Positions 1-14,761 of a stretch of DNA of 64,000 nucleotides are shown in pieces. The notes beneath the pieces were generated by a model. It was not told the DNA's origin. It was given only the letters and a program-made list of their open reading frames with translations, and searched no databases. The stretch is from NCBI GenBank assembly GCA_025201805.1, contig MU619301.1:60343-124342 (forward strand), in the 5' to 3' direction. Position 1 is the stretch's first letter, and each line of letters starts with the position of its first letter. The stretch is from Parasitella parasitica NRRL 2501. Its lineage: Eukaryota > Fungi > Mucoromycota. A program made the translations under genes and the position numbers.

Positions 1-379
1 ACTTCTACTTTTGTCACATAATGCTTATGTTGGTGTGGGGTGGTGTTATATCAATAACATGGCAAGGTCTCACATCAGGATCTCAGATCAGTCCCAGGGT
101 CTTACAGTAAATCATGGGCAGTCATGATTTACATTATGCAGCTAGACAGTAGAACCCTAGTGTAATGAATGTGTATATAATACATCGAGAGATGTATTAT
201 ATGAATAAAAGTGTAATCCTTTGGCAGATTTATTTTATCAGACTTTTGACATAACAAAGAATATCTTTAACAGAATAACTAAAGTATGATGATAGCCATC
301 CTAACACGGCCAACTAATGTTACGCAAATCTCCATGAATGGTGAAAGCATTCAGCATAATTTAAACAACGACAAATTAA

Positions 380-2971
380 CGCATTGACTCTCGGATCAAT
401 GCTTCATCCATGAGAACTGATATACAACAATTCAAATTCTATAAATACTAAGATGTTTTTCTCTAGATAAAGCCTCAGTATACTTTTATAATAAAGAACC
501 CCAAACTTGATTATAATTGTAATTTCATATCGCTTTTATTTTTATATATTTTTTTTATTTCGTAAATCTTTCAAATTTACTGCACAGCTTATTGCACATT
601 CGATCTATTTTCAAAATAAAGAAGGGTTTTAATCGTATCTTGCTTTTTCACTTTTTTTACTGCGTTTCGCTGCATGTTGGTTAGCAAAAAGTTAAGATGC
701 TAGTTACGCAGTATTGTCGTACATTTTAAATTGCGAGAGTAGAACATTTACCCATAAGTTAAGTATATAAAGGTTCATCTACCTGGCCAGTAGATGAACT
801 AGAGCTTTATACACCTGTCGATTTGATAATAAAACCTATACCTTATCAAGTTGACATTTGTTGTTTTTTTCTTATCTAATTTTTTTCCGTGAATCATATA
901 ACAATTTATACCGACTACACAGTGATGATGATTCATCAAGTTCTGATGAACAATACGAATCAGCTGATATGCACGGCACTGTGAAAATCAAGGTAGTCAA
1001 GACTATGATTCCCTGGTTTTCCGTTGGATTATTATGATGGTTTGACTTTGAGCGATTTTACTAGTATCCCACGCACCATGACATCAAATACAAGTATTTA
1101 TTTCCGGCGTCAGAAAGGGTTGATTACTCTGCAACCAACCCAGTCAGACCTACCCAACCTGCCATAACTATTCACAATTCAGATGAAGAAGCGCCAATTC
1201 CGTCTCGTGTCTTGAAAGATAGCTTCCCCAGATGACAATTTTTATTATTGATACAGCAAAAAATTTATAAATTTTTTATAAATAATAACCCATTTAATGG
1301 ACATGATCAAAATCTCCAAGTCCCATAGAAGGCACAAAGATTTTATGAGACGCTTCCGTGATGCTTTATATATTTGCGATCAACGTGATAAAGCTCTCAT
1401 CGAAACATTTTTATTGAGCACAGGGACCGACTGGAACACACGGATGCTGTCTAATCCTGCTTGGATCTTTGAAAGAGTCAGAAGATTTATACCAAAACCA
1501 GCCAAGCTTTACCTCACTCTGAAATTCTTATTTGATAGCTACGGCCCATTAAGATGTTAGCATTCTGGCCGCCAGCTTTTTGATGATACGCTAGGGAAAT
1601 GTCTTTGCATGTTCTTTAAATCTGTAAAAGAAGGGCATGTTTCTGATGTTGTTGGTGGTCCTGCTCTCTATACAGAAAAAGCTTGGATAAGGACGGTTTG
1701 ATGACTTAAAAGTGTTCGTGATGAACTAGTTCTGTTAAAGGAGCCTGTCATATGAATATTGTTCGCATGTTTGCACCATATAATGCATCTACTCGATTAG
1801 CAGATTCCATTTTAACTGATTATAGACTTTATCATAATATAAACGTAAGTGGTTTATAATTTAGTATGGTTCATAATTTAAAAACTTAACTTTTTGTCTT
1901 AGGTCGTACTTGCCATCAACATGCTCACGGATCTATTACGGAGTATACACTTGCGAGCGTTATGGAAATTTTTAAATTTCAGCTTTACGAATGAAACTTT
2001 CAGTGGTGTAAATATGCCTCATGTACTATGTAATAACTAGACAAAAAAAGAAAGGATTATGAAACTTACATCCTTGTCTACCATTAAACTTCCACCAATC
2101 GGATACACTTTACGCAGTTGCGGCAGTACACACCAAAGAAGAAACTTTTCTGTTTGAAACGCTTTTAAAAAACACAAAACCATGCAGATACTCGAATATA
2201 TTAACCGTTCGATGCAAAAAACTAGACTTCGATTTGTTTGCCTTCACATGGAACACCAAGTACTGTCTTGCAAACAGTAATACCCATTACAAAACCCCTG
2301 GCTATTTGAGAGCCTACTATCACATTGTAGAGGATCGCAAGAAGTATGGAAACACTGTCTTGAAAAACATTGCAATATCCCAATCTGTCCGTGCACTTGT
2401 TGAAGATGTATCAAAATTTGACACTTCAATTCCGACTTTGTCAGTACCCACCGCTCCACAACAACAACACTCTCCTGCTGGTATACTCTCACCTTTGATC
2501 CCTAGATTACCAACAATTTTACCTTTTTATCCTGCCAGACAGATCCCAAGCTCTCTATCTTTGCCTTTGCCACGTATCACTTCTTCTGTGTCTGTTGTTT
2601 TAGCAAGTAGTAAACCAAGAAAAAGACAGTGCACGATTTGCAAGATCGACAAATGTCCCGGAAGCTCCAAAAGAATTTTATGCATCAACAAATGTGGAAA
2701 AGGCAGACAAGAACGCTGCACTGGTAGGCATGTCAAGCAGCTCTTTTAAACCATTACCATGCTTAAACACTAAATTGTAACTAACAACCATGGGTGAAGA
2801 TTCCTGCATAAATCGTTAAGTACATTATCCACATTTCATAAGCAAGTTAATTTCTTTTGGGTATCACTATCCCTCACCATTATTTATATAATTATTCCTA
2901 ATGAATTTTTAAAAAAATGTCTAATAACCTTTAAAAATTTGGGTGCCCTTGGGCACCCAAATCACTATGCA
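380..2971 (+). mobile_element. Decayed DNA-transposon-like element, TTAA-flanked with subterminal hairpins; fragmented transposase-like ORF (DUF6729-associated/piggyBacX-like by recall)
   Basis: Broken reading frames: SRVLKDS..(~1202), MDMIKISKSH..FMRRFRDALY (1297-1560), KCSR*TSSVKGACHMNIVRMF..DYRLYHN (~1710-1845), and a C-terminal Cys cluster CTICKIDKC..C..KC (2234-2749). Stops and frameshifts throughout. TTAA at 376-379 and 2972-2975; perfect 12-bp hairpin at 2937-2962. Confidence 0.5.
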
Positions 2972-3108
2972 TTAAATTCTCAAACCTGTTCAATTAAATG
3001 CTTATTTTTACAAATGGCCCAACTATGGTTATACAGTCAATTGACCGACATTAAGCAAATATGTGGCAAGTCAAGATAAATTTAGGGCAAATGGGTATTA
3101 CATAGAAA

Positions 3109-3171
<63 letters not shown>

Positions 3172-3750
3172 NNNNNNNNNNTGGCCAGATATGCCAAAAC
3201 GAGATCTTTTTCAGTAATCAACACAAAGCAAAAAATGCAAAAATGTCTTATTTTTTGCGCTCTACAAAGTGGTATAAGTATGAAAACGAAAAAAACGAAG
3301 AAAATTAGCTGATATTATTTAATCGAAAAAACATTTCTTCGATAGTTTCATACTTGATTTATCTTTTAAAGATTTATAATAATTTTGATTGCTTTTACCA
3401 AATGTTTTCTCTCACAGTGTTGGCCATCATGAGGGGCTGTAAGGGCCAGGACGACTATATATAGCAATTGCTTAGTGGAGTATGTACAGCTGCCACTTTT
3501 CTCTCAGAAAATATAACAGAATGCCATATTAGATGTTTCTCTCGAACTAAAATTGAAGACATCAGCTAGCTTTAGTCTTGAATAAAAGTTGTATGGAGGT
3601 TAGGCGTGCACCAAAGGACTGATCTGGCTTGTACTGTCCAGGCATTAAGGGTCGTATTTCAGCCAGTGACGGTCAGGAAAGATCTTGACATTTAACAAAA
3701 AAGATTTTTTTGTTTTTTTATTTTTTTTACAAAACATACCACATATAACA

Positions 3751-5201
3751 ATGGACACAATCAAGAAAAGATCAAGAACTGACGACATGGGCGACTCACA
3801 GGTATCAAAGAAACAAATACTGGAGAAAGTCAGCAGTTCCAGCTCTTTATTACCCACCAATGCGTTACTCGATATCCAAGAAGATTTTCGTATTGTAGTT
3901 GGCACGTATGAACGTCTTTTATTCGGCATCAATGCAGTCTGGAACCAAGAGGTAAGAGCTTCAGATAGAGATCTGCTGGTATAGTGAGCGATGGGAAATC
4001 TGATGTTGGTCGCTGTAGAAAACTCAAGTCAAACTGGAGCCTGTGTTCATTATCCCTGCTCACACTGGCTGCATCCGTACGGTAGCTATTGGAGGTCATT
4101 TCTTGGCTTCAGGCAGCACTGATGAAATTATTCGATTGTATGATGTCAAGAAGCGTAAGGAATATGGGTCTCTGGGGGGGCATCATTCTGGTGATATCAC
4201 CGATGTTCAGTTCCATGGCAAATACATGCTTTCCGCTTCGGACGACCATTCGATTAATTTATGGAGAACCAAAGACTGGGAATTTCTAAAGACATTCAAA
4301 GCTCACAAGTAAGTTTCTCCTTGAATTTGTTGTTGCTGGTCTGACGGAATTGCTTGACATATTAGGGCAAGAGTCAATTCAGTAGCGGTTCATCCTACTG
4401 GTAAAATTGCACTATCCGTTGGTGCTGATAGGACAGCCATTGTTTGGAATTTGATGACAGGTCGTAAAGCCAGTGTTAACAAGTTGGGTAGAGGTAATTA
4501 TATAGCTTGAAAGAGTGAATTTATTACAGACAATTGAAGGATGTTGTTAGAGGAACCAATGGTGGTTTTGTGGAATTCAGCTGGTGATAAATACGCCATC
4601 ATGTTTGATAAAACTATCAATATTTACAACGTTTCGGTAAGATGATATCCTGCTGTTTCACTAGTCAACTGCTAAAGCTCTATCAACGTAGGATGCCGAA
4701 ATTGCAACTACGATCGCTCAAACATCCAGGATCCACAGCTTCAAATATTTTCACTCTCGTAGAAAGGAAAAGGACTACATTGTTACTGGCAGCGAGGATA
4801 AAGCTATTCGTATTCATGACATTGAGTCAGGCAAATGTGTAGCAGAGATCAAAGGACACAAACTGCGTGTCAAGTCGGTGACCGTAGTCGAATCTGATGA
4901 CAAAATCGTGCTTGTATCAGTATCATCTGATGGCACTGTCAAGTGTTGGGATTTAGAAGAGGCATTAGAAAACCAAGATGTGGAGCCACTGGGAGAGTAT
5001 AACACTAAATGTCGTGCGACTTGTATTACATCTCATGTTGGATTTTCCAAGATGGAAGCCATTGCTGCCGAAGAAGCTGCTGCCAATGCTAAGGCTGCCA
5101 AGGAAGCTAAGGCTGCCAAAACTGAGAAGAAACAGATATCGCAAGAAACAAAAACTGTAGCACAGCCGCAAAAAAAGAAGACGAACAAAAAGAAGGGATG
5201 A
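3751..5201 (+). CDS. MAK11: WD40-repeat 60S biogenesis factor Mak11/PAK1IP1 (multi-exon)
   Basis: FRIVVGTYERLLFG, AHTGCIRTVA..LASGSTDEIIRLYD, WD repeats, VSVSSDGTVKCWD..LGEYNTKCRATC and a Lys-rich C-terminus. Several GT-AG introns (first 3952-4018). Confidence 0.88.
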
Positions 5202-5399
5202 AAAGCCTCTAATAAAGAACATACATAGAGATTGTTGCACAAGATAAAATAATGTGCTATTATTTGTGTTCGTGGAATAGTGTGTTGTGTGCGTGTGTGT
5301 GTATATGTGTGTGTGTGTATTTATATATGCGTGCAAGTGTGCGTATGCCATACTTTGCTTCTTTTTTTCTTTTTTTGTACACAAATACAATATCCTCCT

Positions 5400-7356
5400 A
5401 TGGATCCAACTTTGAAAAACAAATCAAGAAGTTCTAGTATCTCAAACGACTTCAACGGGACCACCAAGAAAAAATCATCTCGAGCCTGCGCACCATGCCG
5501 AAAACGAAAGGTAAAGGTAAACAAGCAGTAAAGTCTCTTATTTTGACCAATACAAAAGGTGAAATGCAATGGATTACTGCCATGCGATCGATGCTCCAGA
5601 ACAGACGCCACATGCGTATATGACAAACCTCAGCAAAAGAAGGATGCACCAAGGCCTACAACAGATAACCATGAACCAAGATTAAGGGCCCTGGAAAAAA
5701 TTTTAAGGCAAATTTCTAACCTGCTTGAAATCTCGGACCCTGATCCTCCCTTGTACTCGAATGCAAATCAAATTCATATGCCTCCTGGTAAGTTACAAGA
5801 GAACGAAGGGTTCTGTATAGAAATATTATTTACGCCTTTTTCATATATAGCCCCACATAAACTATTCGTACATCCCACAGGACAAGGCTTGTATGTGCCT
5901 GATAATCCACTTCGAACTGATTCAGTGGTCAACCATGCTAACTTGACATATATACCAGAGCAACCACCACCGTCAGCACAACCACCACAGCAGTCTGCAA
6001 GCCTGCTGAGAGAAAACTTGCTTTCTATTTACTTTCAGTTTGTTGATCCACTCATTCCGATTTTGCACAGACCATCGTTTTTGCAGCAACTTCGGTCTGG
6101 AAAAGTGAATGAATTGCTATTGAATGCGATCTATTGTGTCTCGTCGAGATGGGATTTAGCAATGCCCTCGGTAGGAGAGGAGCCTCGAGGTTGGATGTAC
6201 TATCAGAAAGCCGTACATTTGCTGGATCAGCAAGGCGAGCCCAGGTTAACAACTATCCAGGCCATGTTTTTACTACTGAAATACAATGAGCATGTACGGC
6301 GACCTGGGTTTTCCTGGAGGACTCGTTACTACTTTCAAATGATTGTTCGCATGTCGAAAGACCTGGGTCTTTCTCGTAACATAAATGCAACAGCAGACCA
6401 AATGATAGATATGGAAAAGAGAAAAAGGACGTTTTGGGCAGTATACTGTTATGATGTGATGATGAGGTTGGCTCTTTCACTTCTCTCTGTTACGCTTCAA
6501 ACTAACACTGTCTATATGTAGCGTTGAGAATGGATCATCTCCCAGTTTTAGCCATGTCGACTGCTCAGTTGATATACCACATGTTTTGCAAGATGAAGCA
6601 GAGGAAAGCGACAAGATCATACATTTCATACTGCTCACTAAAATTATGCGCAATCAGTCTGATATTATAGAGTTTTTACACATAAAATACCACAAGAAGA
6701 TGGCAATCCATTGGGATCAAGATACGCAATTTCACAAATTATCCAACGAGTTGGAAACGACGATCTCTCTTATAACATCAACAGCCAAATTTCCGCAAAA
6801 AGAAAGCATGTGCTACACCGTCTGCTTCCTGTACTTGGCTTCTTGTTTTACCACCATTTTGTTGTACCGACATGTCGCCGACCAAAGAGAGCATTGCCTC
6901 GAGGCAGCGTTGAACATCAAAATAATCACAGAGCTGATCCTAGAGTGCAATGCTTTTGAAGACATGTATTGTTCGATGAGGGGCATACAGCAGATTGTGC
7001 ACTTTCTGTCAGCAGCCGTTACAGTCTTCAAAGAGCAGGAAGCGACCATGGCCTACAATAGCACGCTTGAATTAGCACAAAAGCTTGCATCGATTTCACC
7101 AGCTACTGAAGTGATTGGCAATAATAGATTAAAGCGAGGAAGCCTTCAAGCTAGTCTGCAAAATATTCGACTCCATTCACAGCCACAGCAATATCAAATA
7201 ACGAATGCTATTGCTAATGGGACAAATCAATTTATCGATCAGCAAGAACAGCAACATGAATACAATGCAACAATGGACTTTATGGAACAGCAATCTATAC
7301 CAACCCAACAGCAATCGTTATTAGGATTTTTGTTGTATAATGAAGAAGGCTTATGA
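5400..7356 (+). CDS. Zn(II)2Cys6 transcription factor with fungal-specific TF domain
   Basis: ACAPCRKRK|VKCNGLLPCDRC..C joined across a short intron; middle homology region (YFQFVDPLIPILHR, KDLGL, RKRTFWAVYCYD); second intron ~6467-6521. Confidence 0.9.
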
Positions 7357-7543
7357 TTGTTTATTAAAAAAAAAACCTGGCTGTTCTTAGCAGTGTCTTT
7401 TTCCCTACTAGATTATTTCAACTCAACATTGTACACTTGATAAATTTTTTGAACAGAGCGCACTAAGAGTATTGTTTTATTCAAATGCAATTCAACAGCA
7501 TCCATAACACGATACATCTTTAATGATTAATACAACTGCCCTC

Positions 7544-7912
7544 TCAAGATGACAGATGGTCGTTTACAGCTTGAATGTTGTCCACGGTATACTTTTCTGA
7601 TGGCTCTCCAAGTGAGATGATTAAAGTGGAATTTTGATCGACTAACAGCATACACGGCTATTATGCTAAATGTATCATATGACATTGATAAATATTATGA
7701 CACTATTTTTATTTTATTTTTACCTGGCCGTTACTTTGAGCCTTGGCAGAAGGGGTATTTCTTCTTTTTGGTCTAGTCAAGTTTTGCTGTTTCTGCCATT
7801 CCATCAAATCTGTTCTCGTCCAACCTAATCGAGATAAAATGCTGTTTATTTTATCATTTGCAGCTTCGACTTTTTTAGATAGCAATACAAGCTGATTATA
7901 CCGAGTGTCCAT
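7544..7912 (-). CDS. Small (~100 aa) protein whose N-terminus resembles the U11/U12-48K (SNRNP48) N-terminal helices; no CHHC zinc finger
   Basis: ATG at 7912 (MDTRYNQLVLLSKKVEAANDKINSILSRLGWTRTDL). CAG|GTAAAA donor and a phase-0 TAG acceptor give an open second exon ending TGA at 7544. The similarity is from recall only. Confidence 0.4.
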
Positions 7913-8722
7913 TGTTTTCGGAAAGAAGGCAGAAGAAAACAAAATTAATGTGCCCCAAGCTGTTACTGTTTCATTGGGTGGATGGTTCTCGGGATCGAAA
8001 GAAATCGACATGCCAAACACATGCAAGAAGATAAAGCGCCCATTATATCATAGTTTGTTTGGCTGAGAAGAGGGCCTAAATCCCAGAGATTACCTTACTT
8101 GCTTAACGGATTCAATGTACAGTGTATCAATGTGAATTTGATCTCAAAAGTTCAAATAGTGACTCGATGAGATTATTTAAACATATATGATTGTTTAGTC
8201 ATTGGTACGGATATCGTCATTGATTTTGATGCACGTGTTGCTTTCAGAGTTATCGATCTTTCCTATAGTAGCCAGCAATGTATCAGAGTCTACAATACCT
8301 AATGTGGTGCTCCCATCTATAACATCTACGGTGTTTCACGTCATTCTTCTTCAGTGTGATAGCGGCTTTGGAGCATTGTTACCACATGAGAGCCTTTGTT
8401 AGTACCGCCAATGTGCTTCAAGCGTATTATACATGCTCACGCAGGTGTATCTTGAGGACTGATCTGTATTCCGTGCGTTGTGAGCCTATTCCTCATTGAT
8501 ACGTACAATATGTCATTTTGTTGAAAAAGCAAGACACAAAAAAAACCAAAATATGGAATAGGGTTTGATAAGGCGATAAATGACAAATAAGGCCAAGTTG
8601 ATTTGTTTCGTCATTTATACATCACCTCATCTTTGACTCTCTTGAAAACGGACGAGAGTATATAAAAGCCTTGCTGATCCAGGCATTCCAAGGCATTTTT
8701 CTTCTCTATATAACTGTATAAA

Positions 8723-9631
8723 ATGAAGTTCGTTCTCACTCAAATCTCTACTGCTGTTCTGGCTGCCACTGCCGCATCTGCTGCGTATCTTACTCCTAGA
8801 CAGGAGGCTACCCCTAATGGTGGTAACCAAGGCCAAAACCAAACTGCCCAACAGTACCCTGAAGGCTTTGATGCTGGTGTTCTCAATGGCACTTGTAAGT
8901 AATCTCTTGACAAACAACTGCGTAAGAAAATTACAAACTTTGACATTTTATCTGTGTGATATATAGGGTATTTAACCGGTGTAACTCAAAACATTTGGAA
9001 TGCCTATGAGCTCTTGTCTCAAAAGATGAACTTAAATGTCAACTGCCTGCAATTTAACGTCAGCGGCACATCCAACATTACTTTGGATGTCTTTGCCTCT
9101 ACTTTCTTGAGCAAGAACGGTATCGATACTGGCGTTAATGCTACTGCTGCTGGTGCCTTCATCCTGCAGAGCCCTGACAGCCAAACTAATGTCAGCAACC
9201 ACGAATTCTACTGGGATGCATACGCTTCACAAATCTTTGTCAACAAGGCCCAATGGGAGAACTTTACTTCTAACGGTCGAAGCACTGCCAATTCATCCGA
9301 GAGCGGTAGCGCTGTTATCCCTGGCACTAAGCCTATGGAAGCTTCCATCTACACTCAATTGATTGATTCCAATGCTCAGCCCGGTTCCAACGACTCTACA
9401 AACTACGATACTGTTTTCATCTGGGGCTCTCAGTTCAAGACGCTCGACTCTTCTGTCCAAAAGAGAGCTGATGATATCTATGGTGTCATTCTCTCCAAGA
9501 CCTCCAATGTCGCCGATGATACCTTTAACAAGACTATTGCTCTCTTACCCCCGGCCGTTGCTGCTAGCAACACTTCTGTTGTCAGACTCAATGACACTTG
9601 TAACCTTCAAAGCAATGATCAACAACAGTAA
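8723..9631 (+). CDS. Secreted, N-glycosylated lipocalin/calycin-like protein
   Basis: Signal peptide MKFVLTQISTAVLAATAASA. Intron 8895-8966 joins LNGT-W-YLTG (lipocalin GxW motif). YDTVFIWG..YGVILSK resembles lipocalin motifs 2/3. Many N-x-S/T sites, a TATA box at ~8659 and high-expression codon bias. Confidence 0.7.
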
Positions 9632-10572
9632 GACTCACAATAGTTCAACTCTTTTATCCCATTTTTGTTAAATATAACAGTTCTATGGCATCCTTTAATG
9701 CCGTTTATTTTACATAAGCTTATTCACAATATCTAATAAATCCTTCTTTCCATTCTCTAAGTCTCATGATACTTTTATTTATTTATTGTACCATGAGAGG
9801 AAAACTTCGAGACATATACTAAGGCTGCATGAAATGCTAAAAATACCATTTTTACGTTTGGACAGACGTTACGTCTTGATCATCGGACTTGTCGTCCTAC
9901 GGTACGATAGGATCGCCGATGGCGCTAAGTTATCCAGGGCTTTCCAAAAAGAGCAATTACGTTTTACGATGAAATCATAGCGTGTAATGAAGCTGTAAAG
10001 ATGAATTTCGTCAATCAGGAACGCAATGCAGATGCTATTTTCAAATAAAAAAATCCATGATGCATTGTTTACTTGCTACACTCTTTGCTTTATTTCGAAT
10101 GTTATACAACATAATCAGAGCACCATTTCTGAGATTGAGTGTGCACCGTTTCCTCCCAAACATAGAAGCTCTTTGACGTCCAAAAGCGTGAAACCATTTT
10201 AAATAGACACCAAGAAAATAATGCGCACCCAACTTGAATGTTCATCTGTAATATCACTGTAGCTATGGTATGTATTTATACATGTAAAACGTAAAATCAA
10301 TTTACACTGTATACAAACTCTGATTGTATCATATTTGCATGAATTGACCTAATTGAAAGGTACAAGTGTACTAGAAGAAATGCATGAATTTGTTTGATCA
10401 AGAAAGATTGAGTGGGGGTTATTTGACAAACGTATGTTTTTGTTTATTGTGATATTATTTTGTGTGAGAGACGTTTGTGATAATTGAAATTCTAACATGA
10501 AACATAAAAAAAGAGAGAGTGTATATACAACAGGAGGAATCGATTCTAGAGATAGTGACAGCAAAATGCTTT

Positions 10573-13367
<2,795 letters not shown>

Positions 13368-13409
13368 TTTGTGTTGTTGTTTTTTTAGCAAAGAAAAAGC
13401 AGGTCAAAG

Positions 13410-13443
<34 letters not shown>

Positions 13444-13516
13444 TCGAGCATATCTTGTATTTTAACTGTAATCTTGGTTGACATTTATTGCTAGTGTGTG
13501 TGTGTGGGGGGGGGTC

Positions 13517-13523
13517 TGAGTCA
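13517..13523. promoter_or_regulatory. TGACTCA (Gcn4/Cpc1-type; contains the Bas1 TGACTC core) upstream of ADE5,7
   Basis: Exact TGAGTCA on + strand, 150 bp upstream of the ADE5,7 ATG, just beyond a poly(A) tract. Confidence 0.5.
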
Positions 13524-14761
13524 TATCAATTTTAAGCCACCTGGAAACATTGTATAGCAGTGATCAAGTTTGCTTGCGAAAATTTTGAAGTTGTTTTCTG
13601 ATGACAATAGCTCTACTAGTTACTACTATTACGAGCTTGTCTGTTTTTCCATCTATCTATTCGTTCTTGATGGCCTATATCAAGCATGAGATGTATTAAT
13701 GGTAGATGAAACTGGGTTGCAAAATTCATGTGGATCAAATATTGATTTTACCGTATCTTATGGGTGTGTGTGTGTGTGTGGGGGGGGGGTGGTGATGGCG
13801 GGATGTTCACTTAAAAGTCTTTTTTGTTCGATGACACTTTCTGTGTGGCAGTCCAAGATGAATTTTCCAGTATATCAGCAATACTCTTAAAAAAAATTGT
13901 AGAAAACAACTACTCTGTCAAGCAGTATACTATTTTACAGGTTAAGTGTACATCGCTTTAAATGAGGCCCTGTAGCATACCGCCATCGGATTCACATAGA
14001 GTACGTCTGAAAATAGCGGACGTCTTTACACTCCTAAAAACGCCTAGTAACCATCGTGAAATTGTTCAAAATCCAAATATGCGAGTTTTAAGGTTTTGAT
14101 ATGCAGCAATACTAGAACAAAATCTGCGGATAGGTGATATAAAGTCTACAAAAGTTTAAAAGTAACCATTAGTATGCAAACATATCGTTTTGGGCAGGCA
14201 ATGAGTCCCCAGCTAAAGAGTTTTTACTCTCCATATACCTAATAAAAAAGGTTTGAATCTTGCATTAATAAAAGATACAAAACACTTATATAAGCGAGTG
14301 TTTTTATTTTGCACTCTTAAATCTGCCAAAATAATCAGCAATGGTAAATTTTTTATCAAATCTTAATCGACCAGAGGAAAAAATAGCATCACCATATTGG
14401 TAAAACATGAAACCCACCATTCTTTTGCTGTGGATGAGCCATATCACCAATGAACATGGACATGTGAATAATTTACGCTCTCTGAGATGATCATTAAACA
14501 ACATTTAATAATAGACGTACTCGATTTCTTTCTACCAGAGCCCTCTTTCTGTTGCTATAGACTCTCTGATTTTTGTCACAACAAATATCGAGGTCTTCAC
14601 TCTCTGAAATGCAGCATTGGTTTTCATACCTGTCTTCTGTGCAGTATTAGAATGGCGATAGCTTATAACACTCTGCTGCTTTGTCCTTTTTTTACTGTCC
14701 CTTTCTTTCCTCTTTCTCAATTCATCTCGAAAAATAAAAAAGTTTTCCTCGCTCATACATA

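Noticed and set aside
8190-8520. Possible small spliced gene on the minus strand
   Set aside because: Splice-like sites are present, but no consistent open frame could be assembled.
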